From Octopus sinensis (lineage: Eukaryota), in assembly GCF_006345805.1 (NCBI RefSeq), contig NC_043020.1, forward strand, positions 13,888,001-13,952,000: a stretch of 64,000 nt of DNA, read 5' to 3'. Below, one piece after another: positions 39,515 through 50,397 of the stretch. A program made the translations under genes and the position numbers. The notes beneath the pieces are model-generated. The model ran no database searches, was not told where the DNA came from, and was given only the letters and a program-made list of their open reading frames with translations. How positions within the stretch are numbered: the first letter of the stretch is position 1; every line of letters begins with the position of its first letter.

Positions 39515-42500
39515 ACAACTTCTTTCAGTTTCCATCTACCAAATCCACTCACAAGGCTTTGGTCAGCTCAAGGCTATAGTAGAAGACACTCACCCAAGGT
39601 GCCATGCAGTGGGACTGAGCCCAGAACCATATGGTTAGGAAGCAGACTTCTTGCTACACCTCTGGTACAAATTGAAACAGTTTAACCAAACTGTCAAAAT
39701 TTAGGATATGTTTGCATTTTTTAACATTTCATTAATTTGTAGTGATCATTTCATGATGAATTTAAATGTTTGTGGGCAATATTCAGTGATCTACCTGTTT
39801 CTTGGTCAGCTTGACCATGTTATATGGTGTGACAAACTGGGTTACATCATGTTTCAGTAGCTCCATATTTCACTGGGCAGGTGAAATTAACGAGCTGGCA
39901 GAAACATTAGCATGCCGAGCGAAATGCTAAGCGGTATTTGGTCTGTCTTTACGTTCTGAGTTCAAATTCCGCCGAGGTCGACTTTGCCTTTCATCCTTTC
40001 AGGGTCGATAAATTAAGTACCAGTTACGCACTGGGGTCGATATAATCGACTTACTCTGTCTGTCTGTCCTGTTTGTCTCCTCTGTATTTAGCCCCTTGTG
40101 GGTAGTAAAGAAATAGGTATTTCGTCTGTCTTTACATTCTGAGTTCAAATTCCGCCAAGGTCAACTTTGCCTTTCATCCTTTCGGGGTTGATAAATTAAG
40201 TAGCAGTTAACGCTCTGGGGTCGATGTAATCGACTTAATCCTTTTGTCTGTCCTTGTTTGTCCCCTCTATGTTTAGCCCCTTGTGGGCAATAAAGAAATA
40301 AGAAACCATGCCAAATCAGAATGGAACCTGGTGCAGCTCCCAGCTTACCAATTTTCAGTCAAACTATCCAACCCATGCCAGCATGGAAAGCAGATGTTAA
40401 ACAATGATTATGATGTTCTTTTCTTTTGTCTCGTGACCTCACTAGTGCTGATGGCACACAAAAAAAAAATGGAAAAACACCCACTGGTTGGTGTTAGGAA
40501 GAGCATCCAAATGTAGAAACTATGTGAAACCTGACATTGAAGCTTGATGCAGCTCTGCAGCTCATTTGATCCTGCCGAAACAGCCACTCCATGCCATCAT
40601 GGAAAGTGAACAGATTTCCATTGAAATCTGTTATTTCTGTGTTTAGGCGCAGGAGTGGCTGTGTGGTAAGTAGCTTGTTTACCAACCACATGGTTCCGGG
40701 TTCAGTCCCACTACGTGGCACTTTGGGCAAGTGTCTTCTACTATAGCCTCGGGCCGACCAAAGCCTTATGAGTGGATTTGGTAGACGGAAACTGAAAGAA
40801 GCCCGTCGTATATATGTATATATGTGTGTGTATGTGTTTGTCTCCCTAGCATTGCTTGACAACCGATGCTGGTGTGTTTATGTCCCCGTCACTTGGCAGT
40901 TCGGCAAAGGAGACCGATAGAACAAGTACTGGGCTTACAAAGAATAGGTCCCGGGGTCGATTTGCTCGATTAAAGGCGGTGCTCCAGCATGGCCACAGTC
41001 ATAATGAATGAAACAAGTAAAAAGAGAAAAAAAACCCTTTAATATTCAGATTTTTCTGTCAGATGTAAAACTTCTTCATTCACATTACTTTAAACTAATT
41101 ATACATTATGTTGTAGCTTTGAGATTTTGATGATGTGATTGTTTGTTTTTAGAAGGACATTATTGGGAAGGTGTGAAAAACCAGATTTAGCTGGTTTGAG
41201 CATAAAACAATAAGAATATCTGGGCCGGATGTAACCAGTTTAAATGGTAAAGGGTTAGATTTAATAATAATAATAATAATAATTGTGTACAGTGCTCAGG
41301 TGCACTACAACTCATCTAAAGTGTATATATAATCAGGTGTAGTTTCGGTGGATTTCGGAAAGCATGAGGGCCTTAAAGGATGCAGTGTCATGGCAGTCAA
41401 CAACTGATGCAGGCAGTTTATTCCATGCTTCAGCAACTCTGAGCGTGAAAAAATGTTTCCGAAAGTCATGGGAGCTGTGTTGTTTTCTGAGTTTGTAGGC
41501 ATGTCCATGTGTGTTAGACACATGGGGATCAAAAAGGTGTTCAGTGTTGTTGTTGGTGAGGTGGTTGATAACTTTGTGGGTTTTTACCAAGTCCGTCAAG
41601 AAATTTTCAGGATTTAGTTAAAAAAAAAACCTTTCATTATTGAACATGTGTTTGGAACATGATACAAAATTATACTGGAAAGTTTTAATTTAAATACAAC
41701 CCATCTTAACAGTGGCATTTTTCTATCACAGAGCCAGAGAAAAGGTCAAACAGTTTGGTATCAAACAAAAGGTTAGCATGAGATAAATATTACAACATTT
41801 TCATCTTTCACGTCCGTTTTAATTATTATTATTATTATTAAACTATTTAACTATGCAATCTTCATTTGCAGGTTCACAAGATCGTCTTACTTGCTGTCTG
41901 TCCGAAGCTACTTTCAACCGTTGATACATACTACAACCAGTTTCTTATGGTCAACCTACCCCAAACTGTGAGCAGTGAAGCTCTCAATGCTTTTGCAGAA
42001 TACATTTACAAGGGTCACTTAAACCTGGACCCAGATTTGCTGAATCAATTAAGGACAATAGCACTATGTTTAGAAATTGATGATTTGAAGCAATTATGTG
42101 ATTCGGAAAGTGATTCATCTTCCTCTAAGGGCCAGCTCCCTAACAGTAAGAAAGCCTCTGATCCAGCACCTGACACAATAACCCTTACGTTTTATCCTCC
42201 ACAAACGCAACAGTCATCAGAAAATGAAGTCAATTTATCGAGTTCCTTTGCTGTTTCCAGCCATAATCTCCAATCAGTTATGAAATCGCAAGCTAATGTT
42301 ACAATTAAGAAAGAAATGACCCCAGGTAAAGCACAACTGACTCGTTTCCCGTCTCAAAAAGACCTGGTTGAACCAAAAAGTAGCGCGAATCTGGTCAATG
42401 TAGCGAGATCGGAGGTAAGAGATATTTACGAACATTTTCAGAATAACGATTTAGTTAGCACATCGATTGCTGTCTGTGATGAAGAACAGAACTTGACGTC

Positions 42501-43032
42501 TCACGTCAAATCGACGCCTCTCGATGTCAATCTACAACAGTATACTTATCTCCCTTTAAATGATCGCTCTCAAGTCCCACCAGAACCCACTTCATCCCTT
42601 CACGATGCAGCCGTTAATAATTTTTCTCCAGTAAATCATCCGGAACCCCCTTTAGAATCTCTTGTTAAAATGGAACCGGTTATCATTGAAGATGATTCCG
42701 ACGATGATTCTCTCTTACCGTCGCCATCTTCGACTTTCATGGATTCGTCCCATATCTCTTCTTCCAGACCCATCGATGACAGCTTATCAGAAATAATCAC
42801 CACCAACTGTTCAACTAACCTGAGCGACTCGTTAACAAACAATCACTGCCAAGACGGCACCAATTCCCCAGGCATCAATTTATCTCATATTGCTGTTAGC
42901 AGTCGGCATAAAGGAGATTCTTTTTTGAATCCTGAAATATTTCGGTATAATCGTCAAGTCGAAAGACATTTTACATCGAAAGAGATTAATTCAACACTGA
43001 ATGACGAAATCTACACTAAAGATTTTAGATAA
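24281..43032 (+). CDS. Predicted 718-aa THAP + 3x C2H2 zinc finger + BTB/POZ transcription factor; exons 24281-24348, 29046-29238, 30606-30717, 34831-35000, 36518-36663, 38665-38971, 41872-43032
   Basis: Seven GT-AG exons with phases 2,0,1,0,2,0 join into an open 2157-nt frame. THAP C2CH: MSQCAALNC...TFHLFP..W..P...LCSNHF...DAIPTIF. There are three C2H2 fingers. BTB: LWKKGKLCD...VHKIVLLA...FAEYIYKG. That all exons share one mRNA is inferred. Confidence 0.8.
24685..25106 (+). mobile_element. Same MITE family with 8-bp TSD (Merlin-like)
   Basis: TSD GATTTTTC at 24677-24684 and 25107-25114; GG termini plus an 8-bp TSD are typical of Merlin/IS1016. Confidence 0.8.
25601..26005 (+). mobile_element. 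tRNA-derived SINE family A (other copies ~4194, 8970, 22723, 26919, 36060, 37488, 39005, 40646, 43755, 56070, 59825, 63520)
   Basis: Head ggcgcaggagtggctgtgtggtaag (box A) ... gggttcagtccc (box B), central (TA/TG)n, tail gaaacaagtaaaagag; many near-identical dispersed copies. Confidence 0.9.
26040..26592 (+). mobile_element. CR1-clade LINE reverse transcriptase fragment
   Basis: QFGFIP..SC..QL, VDVVYLDFAKAFNSVPH, GVPQGSVLG. Confidence 0.9.
26758..27447. mobile_element. Merlin-like MITE (~85-bp GC-rich TIRs) with nested SINE
   Basis: ggtactacttgagaacagtggtcccggtgcg... / ...cgcaccgggaccactgttctcaagtagtacc; TSD CTTATTTG at 26750-26757 and 27448-27455. Confidence 0.8.
27505..27958 (+). mobile_element. 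SINE family C with internal tandem ~60-bp units and (GAT)n tail (others ~1838, 3678, 5415, 11600, 29376, 32775, 35171, 36866, 45900, 49006, 57829)
   Basis: gtgccggtggcacgtaaaaagcacc units, then ggttggcgttaggaagggcatccag...catggaaagcggacgttaaacgatgatg. Confidence 0.88.
28529..28573 (-). ncRNA. Type I hammerhead ribozyme motif (intact core, weakened stems)
   Basis: Reverse complement: CGTATG-CTGAAGA-CAGGC aaac ACCTA-GAAAC TGCA GTC-TGTGCG. Confidence 0.65.
28725..28769 (+). ncRNA. Degenerate type I hammerhead motif
   Basis: CGTACA-TTGAAGA-CAGGC aaat ACCTA-GAAAT TGCA GTC-CGTGCG; C3U core change. Confidence 0.5.
29046..29238 (+). CDS. Exon 2: C-terminal half of THAP domain
   Basis: tacag|attcccc...aaaaag|gtaag; FPKDAIQRQCWLLGMKRENYWPSETSVLCSNHFEPDCF...LRKDAIPTIF (AVPTIF box). 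Confidence 0.93.
30606..30717 (+). CDS. Exon 3: C2H2 zinc finger 1
   Basis: ttacag|ctttcc...catttag|gtagg; YKCNKCKYSTDKKPNWYKHRNKH. Confidence 0.85.
31716..32168 (+). mobile_element. RTE-like LINE 3' fragment (also 46170-46490 -, 310-480 +)
   Basis: ILLYGSETWTL...LDG.YTRLL...FAGHC.R...DRE.WR; (GAT)n tail. Confidence 0.8.
34831..35000 (+). CDS. Exon 4: C2H2 zinc fingers 2 and 3
   Basis: cattcag|gttta...catgag|gtaac; CTECNYKATTSSNLKRHLAIH and FKCPFCYNFFRQKIHLDKHILYKH. Confidence 0.92.
36518..36663 (+). CDS. Exon 5: basic linker (NLS-like RKRSK)
   Basis: tttctcag|cgcaaa...atctg|gtaac; open frame, phase 0/2. Confidence 0.7.
36716..37415. mobile_element. pogo-type MITE with nested SINE
   Basis: tactgtatttgatggcctataagacacac ... 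gtgtgttttattggccatcgaatatggta. Confidence 0.6.
38665..38971 (+). CDS. Exon 6: Q/S/E repeat linker and start of BTB domain
   Basis: tttgaag|ggag (weak AAG acceptor, the first one after an in-frame TGA); ends HVMESLAQLWKKGKLCDAAIGNGSSVLM|gtgag. Confidence 0.8.
41872..43032 (+). CDS. Exon 7: rest of BTB domain and long S/P/D-rich C-terminus
   Basis: atttgcag|gttcac; VHKIVLLAVCPKLL...EALNAFAEYIYKGHL...ALCLEIDDLKQLC; largest ORF in the window (388 aa in the track). Confidence 0.93.
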   Translation, partial: VHKIVLLAVCPKLLSTVDTYYNQFLMVNLPQTVSSEALNAFAEYIYKGHLNLDPDLLNQLRTIALCLEIDDLKQLCDSESDSSSSKGQLPNSKKASDPAPDTITLTFYPPQTQQSSENEVNLSSSFAVSSHNLQSVMKSQANVTIKKEMTPGKAQLTRFPSQKDLVEPKSSANLVNVARSEVRDIYEHFQNNDLVSTSIAVCDEEQNLTSHVKSTPLDVNLQQYTYLPLNDRSQVPPEPTSSLHDAAVNNFSPVNHPEPPLESLVKMEPVIIEDDSDDDSLLPSPSSTFMDSSHISSSRPIDDSLSEIITTNCSTNLSDSLTNNHCQDGTNSPGINLSHIAVSSRHKGDSFLNPEIFRYNRQVERHFTSKEINSTLNDEIYTKDFR

Positions 43033-43064
43033 CATTTATGTAAACATAATCAGATTTGATATTT

Positions 43065-43410
43065 CAGATAACCCGTGGACATATTTACAAAGTAAGAAAA
43101 CAGCACAGCTCCCATGACTTCAGGAAACATTTTTTCACGCTGAGAGTTGCTGAAGCGTGGAACAAACTGCCGGCATCGGTTGTTAGTTGTCGGAGCACTG
43201 CATCCTTCAAAACTTCCATGCTTCCTGAGATTCGCCAACACTACACCTGATTTTCTCCCCTCCATACACACACAAGCCTGTATCTGACTCATACATTGTT
43301 CGCTTTCCAGACATTTGTACATTACTGCATATGCTTTATACGCACTTTCTGACAAGTTGTGGTGCACTTGAGCACTGAATACAATAATTTCATTATTATT
43401 ATTATTATTA
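43065..43410 (+). mobile_element. CR1-clade LINE 3' end, second family (also 41270-41598 -, ~10765-10993 +)
   Basis: TRGH.YK......FRKHFFTLRVAEAWNKLP, (ATT)n tail. Confidence 0.85.
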
Positions 43411-43954
43411 TCATTTAATCATCATTGCAGTCATGATTTAAACCATTTACAGCCCCTTATTGTATTTCTGTTCATTTCAGTATGTGTTTAAGATCTCTCC
43501 AAATACATTCAAACCATTTTGTCTTGAACCTGCCATCACCTACCTCTCTTGTTAGTCTCTATTTTGTTACTTCGGTACATATTGAAAGCGTTGTATTACT
43601 TTCCTCGTTTCTCAGACTCACGCGTTCTACAAGCAATGGCTTCATCTTCAAGGTCAACACAAAGAAAACTGAAATTATGAACCGGCCAGCCCTTACATGT
43701 GTGGTGCCTGCATACATGGTCAAAGACTACGTTCTGTAGACTCTCTCTCTCTTTCTCTTTACTCTTTTACTTGTTTCAGTCATTTGACTGCGGCCATGCT
43801 GGAGCACCACCTTTAGTCCAGCAAATTGACCCCAGGACTTATTCTTTGTAAGCCTAGTACTTATTCTATCGGTCTCTTTTGCCGAACCGCTAAGTTACGG
43901 GGACATGAACACACCAGCATCGGTTGTCAAGCAATCTTAGAGGAACAAACACAA

Positions 43955-44014
<60 letters not shown>

Positions 44015-44617
44015 GACAGGCTTCTTTCAGTTTCCGTCTACCAAATCCACTCAAGGCTTTGGTCGGCCTGAGGCTATAGTAGAAGACACTTGCCAAAAGT
44101 ACCATGCAGTGGGACTGAACCCGCAACCATGTGGTTGGTAAACAAGCTACTTACCACACAGCCACTCCTGCGCCTATTGTTGCTAATTCTACATAATTTG
44201 GCAGCAAAATCAAGCATCATTCACATTGCCGATGAAGACAGCATTGCTTGTAGCAGACTTTGTAAGAAGATCTGGGAGAGAAAATGTCTGCCTCCAAACC
44301 CCTTTAAAAGTCCACAGATCTTTTGTTGTGCTATCTTTGTTGTTTACAGCAAACTCTCCAAGAAGTTTGGTAGATCCTGCCTCACGCATTTCTTGGCAGG
44401 ACAAGGTCTCAGAGACTAAGGAACTCGATTGCATAATGTTGCCCAACCAATCTGGTCATTTTGCCAAAATAAAACATGAATGCATTCCCAAAAATGCTTT
44501 TCTGCTCTTTCTCTTTTCCTTTCTTTTTCTTATAATTTATACTAAATTTAATAATAAATCTTAGAGCGAGTTATAAACAGTAGCTGCAACACATTGTGAT
44601 GTATATTTGCCATTTAA

Positions 44618-44838
44618 CCCTTTAGTGTTCGCATTATTCTCCCAAAATTAATCCTTTTTTATCCACATTGTTTTGAACTAATCATGCCTTATCTTGTAGC
44701 TTTGAGATTTTGATGAGGTAGCTGTTAATTTTTTAAACAATATTCTAGGGTTGGTGTGAGAGACCAGATGTGGCCAGTTTGAACATAAAACAGGCAGAAT
44801 ACTTTTGGCCAGATATGGCCGGTTTAAATGCTAAAGGG
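44618..44838. mobile_element. piggyBac-type MITE (relatives near 36680, 41035-41255, 61212-61431)
   Basis: TTAA|CCCTTTAG...CTAAAGGG termini. Confidence 0.65.
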
Positions 44839-44972
44839 AACCCCCAAGGGTGGATGCCACTGTAGTTTGTAGCCCCAGGAGGACACCTCCTCCAGCTGGC
44901 TATAGACACACTTTCTGTGCCCTATCAGTGTTTGCAAAGGGAAGCTATCCTTCCCGTCTTCAACTTATGATA

Positions 44973-45017
44973 CACACGGACTCGAGTTTCTGGGTATTGA
45001 CCCGTCATCGGCATGTG
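44973..45017 (-). ncRNA. Type I hammerhead ribozyme, inverted copy
   Basis: Reverse complement: CACATG-CCGATGA-CGGGT caat ACCCA-GAAAC TCGA GTC-CGTGTG. Confidence 0.7.
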
Positions 45018-45269
45018 ACAATCACAGTTGTCGATGAGAAGTAGGTTCCCGTCCTCCTGGGGCTACAAACTACAGTAGCATCCACCCTTAGGGGTTAGCC
45101 ATATTTAAATGGCAAATATACGTCACGATGTGTTGTAGCTACTGTTTATAACTCGTTCTGAGATTTATTATTGCTTGTTTACACTTTTTCGATATCAGTG
45201 TCTATCGATACTGGAAAAAGTATAAGTGTTTGTGAAGGGAACCTGCTTCTCATCGACAACTGTGATTGT

Positions 45270-45314
45270 CACACGCCGATGATGGGTCAATACCCAGAAA
45301 CTCGAGTCCGTGTG
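45270..45314 (+). ncRNA. Minimal type I hammerhead ribozyme (U4C variant)
   Basis: CACACG-CCGATGA-TGGGT caat ACCCA-GAAAC TCGA GTC-CGTGTG: stem I 6 bp, stem II 5 bp, palindromic stem III, GUC cleavage triplet. Confidence 0.8.
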
Positions 45315-47736
45315 TATCATAAGTTGGAGACAGGAAGGATGGCTTCCCTTTGCAAATACTGATAGGGCACAGAAAGTGTGTCTATAGCTAGCTGGAGGAG
45401 GTGTCCTCCTGGGGCTACAAACTACAGTAGCATCCACCCTTAGGGGTTAGCCATATTTAAATGGCAAATATACATCACGTTATACTAAATTTATAGTAGC
45501 AGAAATAGGTTTGCTATACTTGTCAACATAACAAAAGTTTCTTTAAATTCAATAGTTCAAAACAAGTACTTCTCAAACAATTAATTGTATAAAAGAAATG
45601 AAAATTTGAGGAACAAGATGATAAATTTTCCATATATTTTGGTGAGAAATTTATTTCAAATTTGGACATCTGCATATTTTTGATTGATCACTTCTCCAAA
45701 CTGACCCTATTTTTTATTATTCTCAAATGATGCTCATGATTAAGCTTCACCCCCACCCCAACTCCACTAATCCATTAGATTAACTGCATCAATTAAACCT
45801 ACCACTTACTGCATCAATAACATTGCAAAGCACTCATTTAACCAAAACTGTAAGCAGTATAGCAGCAATGGGTATATTTTGGATCCTAGTTTGCTTTGAT
45901 CATCATCATCAACATCATCATTTAACGTCCGCTTTCCATGCTGGCATGGGTTGGACGATTTGACTGAAGTCTGGCGAACCAGACTCCGATCTGATCTGGC
46001 AGTGTTTCTACAGCTTGATGCCCTTCCTAACGCCAACCACTCCGAGAGTGTAGTGGGTACTTTTATGTGCCACCGGCACGATGGCCAGTTTGGTGGTACT
46101 GGCAACGGCCACGCCCAAATGGTGCTTTTTATGTGCCACCTGCACAGGAGCCAGTCCATGCATGCACACATCATCATCATCATTGTTCGACCGTGGTCGA
46201 GACAATGGAATTTACCATGCTACGCCAGACTTCATGGTCCATCATGGCATTACGGAGGTCCTGTTGCTGGATGCCTGTATCCCTGGAGATTACATCAGGG
46301 TAGGAGAGTGTGCGCCCTCTGATATTGTGAGTAGATGGCTTCCAGAGGAGAAGAGTAGAAATTACTTCTTTTTCAGCTCTACAACAATGTCCAGCAGACT
46401 GGACTCTCCTACCTTTCACAAGAGATGACACAGGTGGTAGTTTCCCATATATTTGCATTTTGGTTGATGGCGCTTCCACAAGAGATTTTGAATACAGTCA
46501 GAAATCTTGTTATATGCTACAAACTGTAATTTCTTTGGATGAGTATATTTTAAGTATCGTGAGCATTCTTATGTGACAGTGGCACAAGTGCTTTTTACGT
46601 GACACCAGCACAGGACTCTTGAAGACTAATCCTCTTCACCAGGGGTAGTCACCTTAACAATTCTTGAGTACAGCAAAGTTCCAGGCATCCCGCCCCTTTA
46701 TTTTCTCGTCTGAAAGGTTCAGCATCCAGAGGTTGTCCTTCAGTACTTAATTCCATGACTTCCTGGGTCTCCCACTTCCATGTGTTCCATCTACTTTGAG
46801 AGATCAGTACTTCTTTATGGTGCTGTCAGCATCCATCTGCATCATATGACCAAACCAGCATAGTCTTCTTCTCTCTTGCACTCTGCATCTAATTCCTCTT
46901 ATGCCCAAATTCTCTCTCATTACACTGGCACGCCGTCAGACATGTACACTTACATTACACATCCAGTGGAGCATACTAGCCTCATTTCTCTCTAGCCTTT
47001 GCATATATGCTTGGTCTCAAGTATTTGTCTTATGAAGAAAGGCTGAAGACGCTCGACCTTTATTCTCTCGAAAAACGCCGCCGCCGTGGTGATCTCATTC
47101 TTGCTCACAACATCATAAGCGGAAAGTGTAACCTCTCGAAAGAGCTGTTCTTCACTCCTGCTCCAGAGCGTCAGCTGCGGGGTCACTCCGAAAAGCTCTA
47201 TTTGCGACGATTTCATCTCATCGAAGGAGAGGGGCTTTCTCCGTCCGGGATGCAGATCCGTGGAATAAGCTGCCAGACGAGATAGTGAAGATTCCGACGA
47301 CCGCTCGTTTCAAAGTCTCCCTTGACAAGAAATGGCCTGAACTCTTTGCATGAACACCACCCTGTACATAACATCATGTCCCCCTACATGGCCTTGCTCT
47401 TTGCTTTTTGAGCCAAAAAATTAACTTAACTATATGTATGTAAAAAGGTAAAGAGTGAAAATCCCGTTCAGTCATGAACGACCATGGGATTACTCCTAGA
47501 AAGTTATCCTCCAGGGCACAAGTCCAGGCAAGGTTTTTTGTGGAAGGCCAGCAGTCGCCCATGCATACCAGCCTCCCCTCTCTATGCCACTGATGTTATC
47601 CAAGGGAAAGACAAAGGCTGATCCAGCTTGGCACCAGCGACATGGCAACTCATTTCGTTCAAGAAAAACAACAAGCAGCCTGGTCTGGAAACAGAACTCA
47701 CTACCTCATGATTGTGAGCCTGAATATATATATATA

Positions 47737-48501
47737 CTAGCATTATGATCCAGCAACGCCAGGTCATAGTGCTAGTGCATGCATATACAGCTGCATGCAT
47801 GCACACATACACGTGAGTATTGTCCAAATCTCTGACCAATCACATACAGCTAGCTGGCATTCAATTGGTGTATCAAATTTCAGGCATTTTGATTGGGTTT
47901 TGGATAGAAAATTCACAAAAAAGTCATTTCTATTGATTTTTTAATGGCTTTGCGGGGTGACTGGGGAAATGTAAAGATGTGCACGACCACCCTTGGATGG
48001 TTTTGAATGACCATAGAAAGTGCGAGCCCTCTAACTGAAAAATTGTGGATTTGTATAAAGGATGGATGGAAGCACTCCGTCGGTTACGACGATGAGGGTT
48101 CCGGTTGATCTGATCAACGGAACAGCCTGCTCGTGAAATTAACGTGTAAGTGGCTGAGCACTCCACAGACACGTGTACCCTTAACGTAGTTCTCGGGGAT
48201 ATTCAGCGTGACACAGAGAGTGACAAGGCCGGCCCTTTGAAATACAGGTACAACAGAAACAGGAAGTAAGAGTGAGAGAAAGTTGTGGTGAAAGAGTACA
48301 GCAGGGATCACCACCATCCCTGCCGGAGCCTCGTGGAGCTTTAGGTGTTTTCGCTCAATAAACACTCACAACGCCCGGTCTGGGAATTGAAACCACGATC
48401 CTACGACCGTGAGTCCGCTGCCCTAACCACTGGGCCATTGCGCCTCTGTATAAAGGATACACACACACAGACAGACATTGTGCCATTTATATATATAGAG
48501 A
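47737..48501 (-). mobile_element. Non-autonomous Helitron-like element (second copy ~8062-8422) with nested SINE 48063-48447
   Basis: The minus strand starts TCTCTATATATAAA and ends in a hairpin plus CTAG; the nested SINE has TSD TGTATAAAGGAT. Confidence 0.6.
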
Positions 48502-49211
48502 TACTGCGTCCCACATTATTAGGCAAATCAACCTTCTCTCGATGAACAAATGTATATTCATTCAAAATCAGTTGTTTTCAGACCGCAACAAATGATGGCC
48601 ATTTTTGTGATTGGGCAACATTTTCACCGTCACAAATTATTAGGCAAGTATAATAAAAATGATAATTGCGTCAGGACAAACATTTATTTAATCCAACAGT
48701 AAAGGTTTGATAAAAGGAACGTAGTGTAAATAACGGACAGGTGAGACTATTGAAAAGGTTGCAAGATGCAACGAAAATAAGGGGAAATTTTACCGGTGAG
48801 TGTGTTAAATTATAAGGCACAAAAAGAAAATGCTTCTCCCACGAACTCCCATAAAGTATCTTGCAAACCAAATCCAGTTTATGGGATTATCTTTGGTTTC
48901 ACATACATAAAACGTTTAGCTTTATGGCATATCATCAGATCCCCTAAACCTATTGCCCTTTATAGACATGAAACCTAAAGTAATTGCATAAATCAGCCTT
49001 CCCCCAGTGCAGGTGGCACGTAAAAAGCACCCACTACACTCACGGAGTGGTTGGCGTTAGGAAGGGCATCCAGCTGTAGAAACATTGCCAGATAAGACCG
49101 GAGCCTGGTGCAGCCTTCTGGCTTCCCAGATCCCCGGTCGAACCGTCTAACCCATGCTAGCATGGAGAACGGACATTAAACGATGATGATATATATATAT
49201 ATATATATATA

Positions 49212-49392
49212 GTTAATCCAAACAAGAAAACACAAAAAAACACAGCAACGCGAGGACGTGGAACAAATAAAGTATTATTGGACGCTCAGGGAAGAAGGAG
49301 GGTTTAACATTTCAAGCGGAGCTCTTTGTCGGAAACAAAGGAGAAGGGAAGACAGAGGAAAAAAATTGCTGGCGGTGCTCACGAGGTCACAT
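49212..49392 (-). mobile_element. Penelope-like terminal remnant with CpG-decayed hammerhead (49302-49336)
   Basis: Follows (TA)n. Reverse complement gtttCCGACAAAGAGCtccGCTTGAAATGTTAaac resembles C(C/T)GACGAAGAGC...GCTCGAAACGTTA after CpG transitions. Confidence 0.45.
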
Positions 49393-50351
49393 GCGAGCAA
49401 AACGACCCTCCCCCGTCCAATGGATGGTGCTGAGTTGTCAAACATTTAAACCAAATTTTCTCAAAACAACTTGTCTGACCGTCCCATAGGCCTCCTCTTT
49501 GAGAAACACTGATTTAGCCTAAATTTGAGACACCAGCAAAAGAAGAAATAAAGATAGACTTTTTTTCTATTCCAAAGAAAAACGATTTTATTCACACAAA
49601 TATGCAACCGAAGAGTTTCAAGTACCAGTAACGATAAGGCTGTTGACTGGGAGAACACAAACATGGTTTAAACAGTAAGCTTAGCAGAAAAGAAACATGC
49701 CTTTAAGCAGTACAAAAACAGCAAAACATGGAAGGTGCAGTTATGTACAGGTTGACGGAAGAAAAAAAGGACAAAAACGGCTTAATCGGTCGCATTCTCA
49801 CCTGGAATCGATTTTTGTAAACTTTTTCAAGACTTATACACGCCCTGATACCTATTTCTTTATTACCCACATGGGTACAAACAAGGACAGACATAGGTAT
49901 TAAGTCGATTACATCGACCCCAGTGTGTAACTGGTACTTAATTTACTGACCCCGAAAGGATGAAAAGCAAAGTCGACCTCACAACGTAGCGACAGACGAA
50001 ATACCTATTTCTTTATTACCCACAAAGGGCTAAACACAGAGGGGACAAACAAGGACAGACATAGGTATTAAGTCGATTACATCGACTCCAGTGCGTAACT
50101 GGTACTTAATTTATCGACCCCGAAAGGATGAAAGGCAAAGTCGACCTCGGCGGAATTTAAACTCACAACGTAACGGCAGCCGAAATACCGCTAAGCATTT
50201 CGCCCGGCGTGCTAACGTTTCTGCCAGCTCGCTGCCTTACATGCCCTGATACCGTCGGTATCAACATATCAAATTTGAGCGCAATCGGATGGAGGATGCC
50301 CAAGATCCAAGAAGACACACAGACAGACAGACAGACAGAACGGATTTTATA

Positions 50352-50397
<46 letters not shown>

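Larger units (their letters stand above)
44551..45479. mobile_element. Related hammerhead-bearing retroelement: inverted arm plus ~1.2 head-to-tail monomers
   Basis: 14-bp TSD TTATACTAAATTTA at 44537-44550 and 45480-45493; internal direct repeat period 352 bp (45051 vs 45403); homologous to 28361-28981. Confidence 0.8.

Noticed and set aside
44090-44564. Overlapping 78-112 aa ORFs downstream of the BTB gene
   Set aside because: No recognisable domain or phase-compatible splice sites; possibly an old repeat.
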